In this document: piece after piece, positions 58,901 through 64,000 of the stretch
Layout of the letters: each line of letters opens with the position of its first letter
Position numbering within the stretch: the first letter of the stretch is position 1
From: Eledone cirrhosa
Lineage: Eukaryota
Length of the DNA stretch: 64,000 nucleotides
Assembly: GCA_964016885.1 (NCBI GenBank)
Contig: OZ024741.1
Location: 229,896,001-229,960,000, forward strand
Reading direction: 5' to 3'
The notes under the pieces: model-generated
Seen by the model: only the letters and a program-made list of their open reading frames with translations
Databases searched by the model: none
Told to the model about the DNA's origin: nothing
Position numbers and translations under genes: made by a program

Positions 58901-61900
58901 TTAATTTAAAAAACGAAACGAAACCGGGGTACTTCAAAAACCAAACGAAATGAAACAGGGGAACCTAAAAAACCGAAACGAGACGAAATCGGGGAACCTA
59001 AAAAATCAAACGAAACGAAACTGGTTTCGAGGTTGGACCGTAGTGCGCATGCGGAAAGGTTGGACCGTACTGCGCATGCGAGAAGGTTGGATCGCACTGC
59101 GCATGCGCAAATGTTGTACCGCACTGCGCATGAGCCAAGTTTGTACAGCACTGCGCATGAGCCGTACGGTCCATCTTAGCGCATGCGGACTAAGCTCCAA
59201 CCTTCGCGCATGCACACTATGGTCCAACCTTAGCGCATGCACAGTGCTGTCCAACCTTGGCGCATGCGCAGTGCGCAGTGGGCTATTTCCGGGTGTTTCC
59301 GGGTATTTCCGGGGATTAATTTATATTAAATTAAATTAAATTAAATTAATTCAATTAATTAATTAATTAACTAATTATTTAATTAATTAGTTAATTAAAT
59401 TTATTTTATTTTATTTTAATTTATTTTATTTTATTTTATTTTATTAATTAATTAATTAATTAATTATTTTAATTCAATTTAATTTAATTTAATTTAATTT
59501 AATTTAATTTAATTTAATTTAATTTAATTTAATTAAATATTATTTAATATAATTTAAAAAACGAAACGAAACCGGGGTACCTAAAAAACCTAACGAAACG
59601 AAACCGGGGAACCTAAAATACCGAAACGAGACGAAATCGGGGAACCTAAAAAACCAAACGAAACGAAACTGTTTCGAGGTTGGACCGTATTGCGCATGCG
59701 CGAAGGTTAGACCGTACAGCGCATGCGCGAAGGTTGTGCTGCACTGCGCATGGGCCAGGTTTGGAGAGCACTGCGCATGAGCAGTACGGTCCAACCTTAG
59801 CGCATGCGCACTACGGTCCAACCTGAGCGCATGCGCACTATTGTCCAACCTTAGCGCATGCGCAGTGCGCAGTGGGCTATTTCCGGGTGTTTCCGAGTAT
59901 TTCCGGTTATTTCAAGGTATTAAATTAAATTAAACTAAATTAAATTAATTAAATTAATTAATTAATAAATTAATTAGTGCTGTCCAACCTTCGCGCATGC
60001 GTTGTCCGGTCCGACCTTCGCGCATGCGCAGTACGGTCCGACCTTCGCGCATGCGCACAACGGTCCAACTTTAACGCATGCACAGTGGGCTATTTCCGGA
60101 CGTTTGCGGGTATTTCCGGCTATTTCCGGTTATTTCCGGGTATTAAATTAAATTAAATTAAATTAAATTAAATTAAATTAATTAAATTCATTAATTAATT
60201 AACTAATTATTTAATTTATTAATTAATTAAATTTATTTTATTTTATTTTATTATATTTAATTAATTAATTAATTAATTATTTTAATTCATTTCAATTTAA
60301 TTTAATTTAATTTAATTTAATTTAATTTAATTTAATTTAATTTAATTTAATTTAATTTAAAAAACGAAACGAAACCGGGGTACCTAAAAAACCAAACGAA
60401 ACGAAACCGGAGAACCTAAAAAAACAAACGAAACGAAACCGGGGAACCTAAAAAACCGAAACGAGACGAAATCGGGGAACCTAAACAACCAAACGAAAGG
60501 AAACTGGTTTCGAGGTTGGACCGTAGTGCGCCTGCGCGAAGGTTGGACCGCACTGCGCATGCGCGAAGTTTGGACAGCACTGCGCATGAGCAGTACGGTC
60601 CAACATTAGCGCATGTGCACTACAGTCCAACCTTCGCGCATGCACACTATGGTCCAACCTTAGCGCATCCGCAGTGCTGTCCAACCTTCGAGCATGCGCT
60701 GTCCGGTCCGACCTTCGCGCATGCGCAGTACGGTCCGATCTTCGTCATGCGCACTACAGTCCAACCTTAGCGCATGCGCAGTCCGCAGTGGGCTATTTTC
60801 GGGTGTTTCCGGCTGTTTCTGGTTATTTCAGGGTATTAAATTAAAGTAAATTAAATTAAATTAAATTAAATTAAATAAAATAATTAATTAATTAAATTTA
60901 TTTTATTTTATTAATTAATTAATTATTTTAATTCATTTTAATTTAATTTAATTTAATTTAATTTAATTTAATTAAAAAAACGAAATAAAATCGGGGTACC
61001 TAAAAAACCAAACGAAACGAAACCGGGGAACATAAAAAACCAAACGAAAGAAACCGGGGAACCTAAAGAACCGAAACGAGCCGAAATCCTGGAACCTAAA
61101 ATTCAAAACGAAACGAAACTGGTTTTGAGGTTGGACCGTACTTCGCATGCGCGAAGATTGGACAGTACTGTACTGCGCATGCGCCAAGTTGGAAACACTG
61201 CGCATGAGCAGTACGGTCCAACATTAGCGCATGCGCACTACGGTCCAACCTTCGCGCATGCACCCTATGGTCCAACCTTAGCGCATGCGCAGTGCTGTCC
61301 AACAATCGCGCATGTGGTGTGCGGTCCGACCTTCACGCATGCGCAGTACGGTCCGACCTTAGCGCATGCGCAGTGCTGTCCAACCTTGGAGAATGCGCAG
61401 TGCGCAGTGGGCTATTTCCGGGTATTTCCTGTTATTTCAAAGTATTAAATTAAATTAAATTAAATTAAATTAATTAAATTAATTAATTAATTAGTGCTGT
61501 CCAACCTTCGCGCATGCGCTGTGCGGTCCGACCTTCGCGCATGCGCAGTACGGTCCCACCTTAACGTATGCACAGTGATGTCCAACCTTGGCGCACGCGC
61601 TGTGCACAGTGGGCTATTTCCGGATGTTTCCGAGTATTACCGGTTATTTCCGGCTATTTCCGGTTATTTCCGGGTTTTAAATTAAATTAAATTAAATTAA
61701 TTAAATTCATTAATTAATTAACTAATTATTTAATTTATTAATTAATTAAATTTATTTTATTTTATTATATCTTATTAATTAATTAATTAATTAATTAATT
61801 AATTATCTTAATTCATTTCTATTTAATTTAATTTAATTTAATTTAATTTAATTTAATTTAATTTAATTTAATTTAATTTAATTTAATTTAATTTAATTTA

Positions 61901-64000
61901 ATTTAATTTAATTTAATTTAATTTAATTTAATTTAATTTAATTTAATTTAATTTATTTTAATTTAATTTAAAAAACGAAACGAAACCGGAGAACCTAAAA
62001 AACCAAACGGAACGAGACCGGGGAACCTAAAAAACTGAAATGAGACGAAATCGGGGAATCTAAAGAACCAAACGAAACAGGTTTCGAGGTTGGACCGTGG
62101 TGCTCATGCGGGAAGGTTGGACCGTACTGCGCATGCGCGAAGTTGGTACGGCACTGCGCATGCGCCAAGTTTGGAGAGCACTGCGCATGCGCTGTGCGGT
62201 CCGACCTTCGCGCATGCGCAGTATTGTCCGACCTTCGCGTATGCGCACTACGGTCCAACCTTAACGCATGCACAATGATGTCCAACCTTGGTGCATGCGC
62301 AGTGCACAGTGGGCTATTTCCGGATGTTTCCGTGTATATCCGGGTATTTCCGGTTATTTACGTGTATTAAATTAAATTAAATTAAATTAAATTAAATTAA
62401 TTAAATTAATTAATCAATTAACTAACTATTTAATTTATGTTATTTTATTTTAATTTAATTTATTTTAATTAATTTAATTAATTAATTAATTAATTTAAAT
62501 TTAATTTAATTAATTAATTAATTAAATTAATTAATTAAATAAAATTTAAATTAATTAATTAAATAAATTAATTAAAATAAAATAAAATATAATAAAATAA
62601 ATAAAATAAAATAATTAATTATTTTCTTAATTAATAATAAATTAATTAATTAATAATAAATTAATTAATAATAAATAAATTAATTAATAATAAATTAATT
62701 TAATTTAATTTACTTTAATTTATTTTATTTTATTTTATTTTATTTTTATTTATTTAATTAATTAATTAATTAATTTAAATTTAATTTAATTAAATAATTT
62801 AATTAATTAATTAATTAAATTAAATTTAAATTAATTAATTAATTAAATAAATAAAATAAAATAAAATTAATTAATTAATTAATTGATTAATTTAATAAAT
62901 TGATTAATTTAATTAATTTAATTTAATTTAATTTAATACACGGAAATAACCGGAAATACCCGAATATACCCGGAAACACCCTGAAATAACCCACGGCGCA
63001 TGGGCCAAGGTTGGACAGCTCTGCGCATGCGCTAAGGTTGGACCATAGTACGCATGTCCGAAGCTTGGACCGTAGTGCGCATGCGTTAAGGTTGGACACT
63101 ACTGCTGTCCAAACTTGGCGCATGCGCAGTACAGTCCAACCTTCGCGCATGCGCAGTACGTTCGAACATTCGCGTATACGCACTACGGGCAAACTTTCGC
63201 GCGCTACGGTCCAACCACGAAACAAGTTTCCTTTCGTTTGTTTTTTTAAGTTCCACGGTTTCGTCTCTTTTCGGTTTTTTAGATTCCCAGGTTACGTTTC
63301 GTTTGGTTCTTTAGGTTCCCCGGTTTCGTTTCGTTTGGTTTTTTAGGTTCCGCGGTTTCGTTTTTTTTTAAAATTAAATTAAATTAAATTAAATTAAATT
63401 AAATTAAATTAAATTAAATTAAATTAAATTAAATTAAATTAAACTAAATTAAATTAAATTAAATTAAATTAAATTAAATTAAATTAAATTAAATTAAATT
63501 AAATTAAATTAAATTAAATTAAATTAAATTAAATTAAATTAAATTAAATTAAATATAATAAAATAAATAAAATAAAATAATTAATTAATTTATTAATTAA
63601 TAAATTAATTTAAATTAATTAAATTTAATTTACTTTAATTTATTTTATTTTATTTTATTTTATTTTAATTTATTTTAATTAATTTAATTAATTAATTAAT
63701 TTAAATTGAAATTAATTAATTAATTTAAATTTTAATTAATTAATTAATTAATTTAATTAATTAATTAAATTTTAATTAATTAATTAATTAAATAAAATAT
63801 ACAAATAAAATAAAATAAAATAAAATAAAATAAATTAAAATAAAACAAAATAAAATAAATATAATTAATTAATTAATTAATTGATTAATTTAATAAATTT
63901 AATTTAATTTAATTTAATACACGGAAATAACCGGAAATACCCGAAAATACCCGGAAACACGCGGAAATAACCTACTGCGCACTGCACATGCGCCAAGGTG
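55966..64000. repeat. Modular satellite: AT tracts alternating with GC-rich quasi-palindromic units built from 27-bp subrepeats
   Basis: Unit = (aaacgaaaccggggaacctaaaaaacc)x2-4 + (ggttggaccgtactgcgcatgcgcgaa)n + inverted copies + gtgggctatttccggg.... About 14 full or partial units occur, some inverted (57975-58630, 62935-63370, 63917-end), separated by (AAATT)n/(TTAAT)n tracts. Confidence 0.96.

Noticed and set aside
56095-63346. CRISPR-like array, or 9-aa repeat proteins (HARRLDRTA)
   Set aside because: The 27-bp repeats are contiguous with no unique spacers, there are no cas genes, and the context is eukaryotic; the ORFs merely reflect the 27-nt period.

Overview
Eukaryotic, repeat-dominated genomic window. 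The SINE/LINE repertoire resembles that of a coleoid cephalopod such as Octopus (inference from recalled repeat families, not verified). The only convincing host-gene sequence is a 133-nt minus-strand ribokinase (RBKS) exon at 620-752. From 1 to 23.5 kb the window is a mosaic of decayed mobile elements: tRNA-derived SINEs, a Gypsy integrase scrap, three RLE-type (CRE-like) non-LTR fragments, two RTE LINEs (one with a PHD-like finger inside the RT), a CR1/L2 fragment, a hAT transposase remnant, MITEs, a deleted mariner and a Neptune-like Penelope element. From 23.5 to 32.1 kb there is a ~4.4-copy tandem array of a ~1.9-2.0 kb unit seeded in the Penelope RT. From 32.1 to 35.5 kb there is a second, 5'-inverted Neptune-like Penelope element with an intact-looking minimal hammerhead ribozyme. 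Two foldback structures and a hairpin junction follow. From 38.3 kb to the end the window is satellite DNA: (GAAAC)n, a 17-kb telomere-like hexamer array with higher-order structure, and a modular quasi-palindromic satellite packed with GCGCATGCGC (NRF1-type) and CCGGAA (ETS-type) motifs. Most ORFs in the track beyond 38 kb are artefacts of repeats. No clearly new protein-coding system is evident; the most unusual signals are RNA/DNA structural. Coordinates of decayed elements are approximate.
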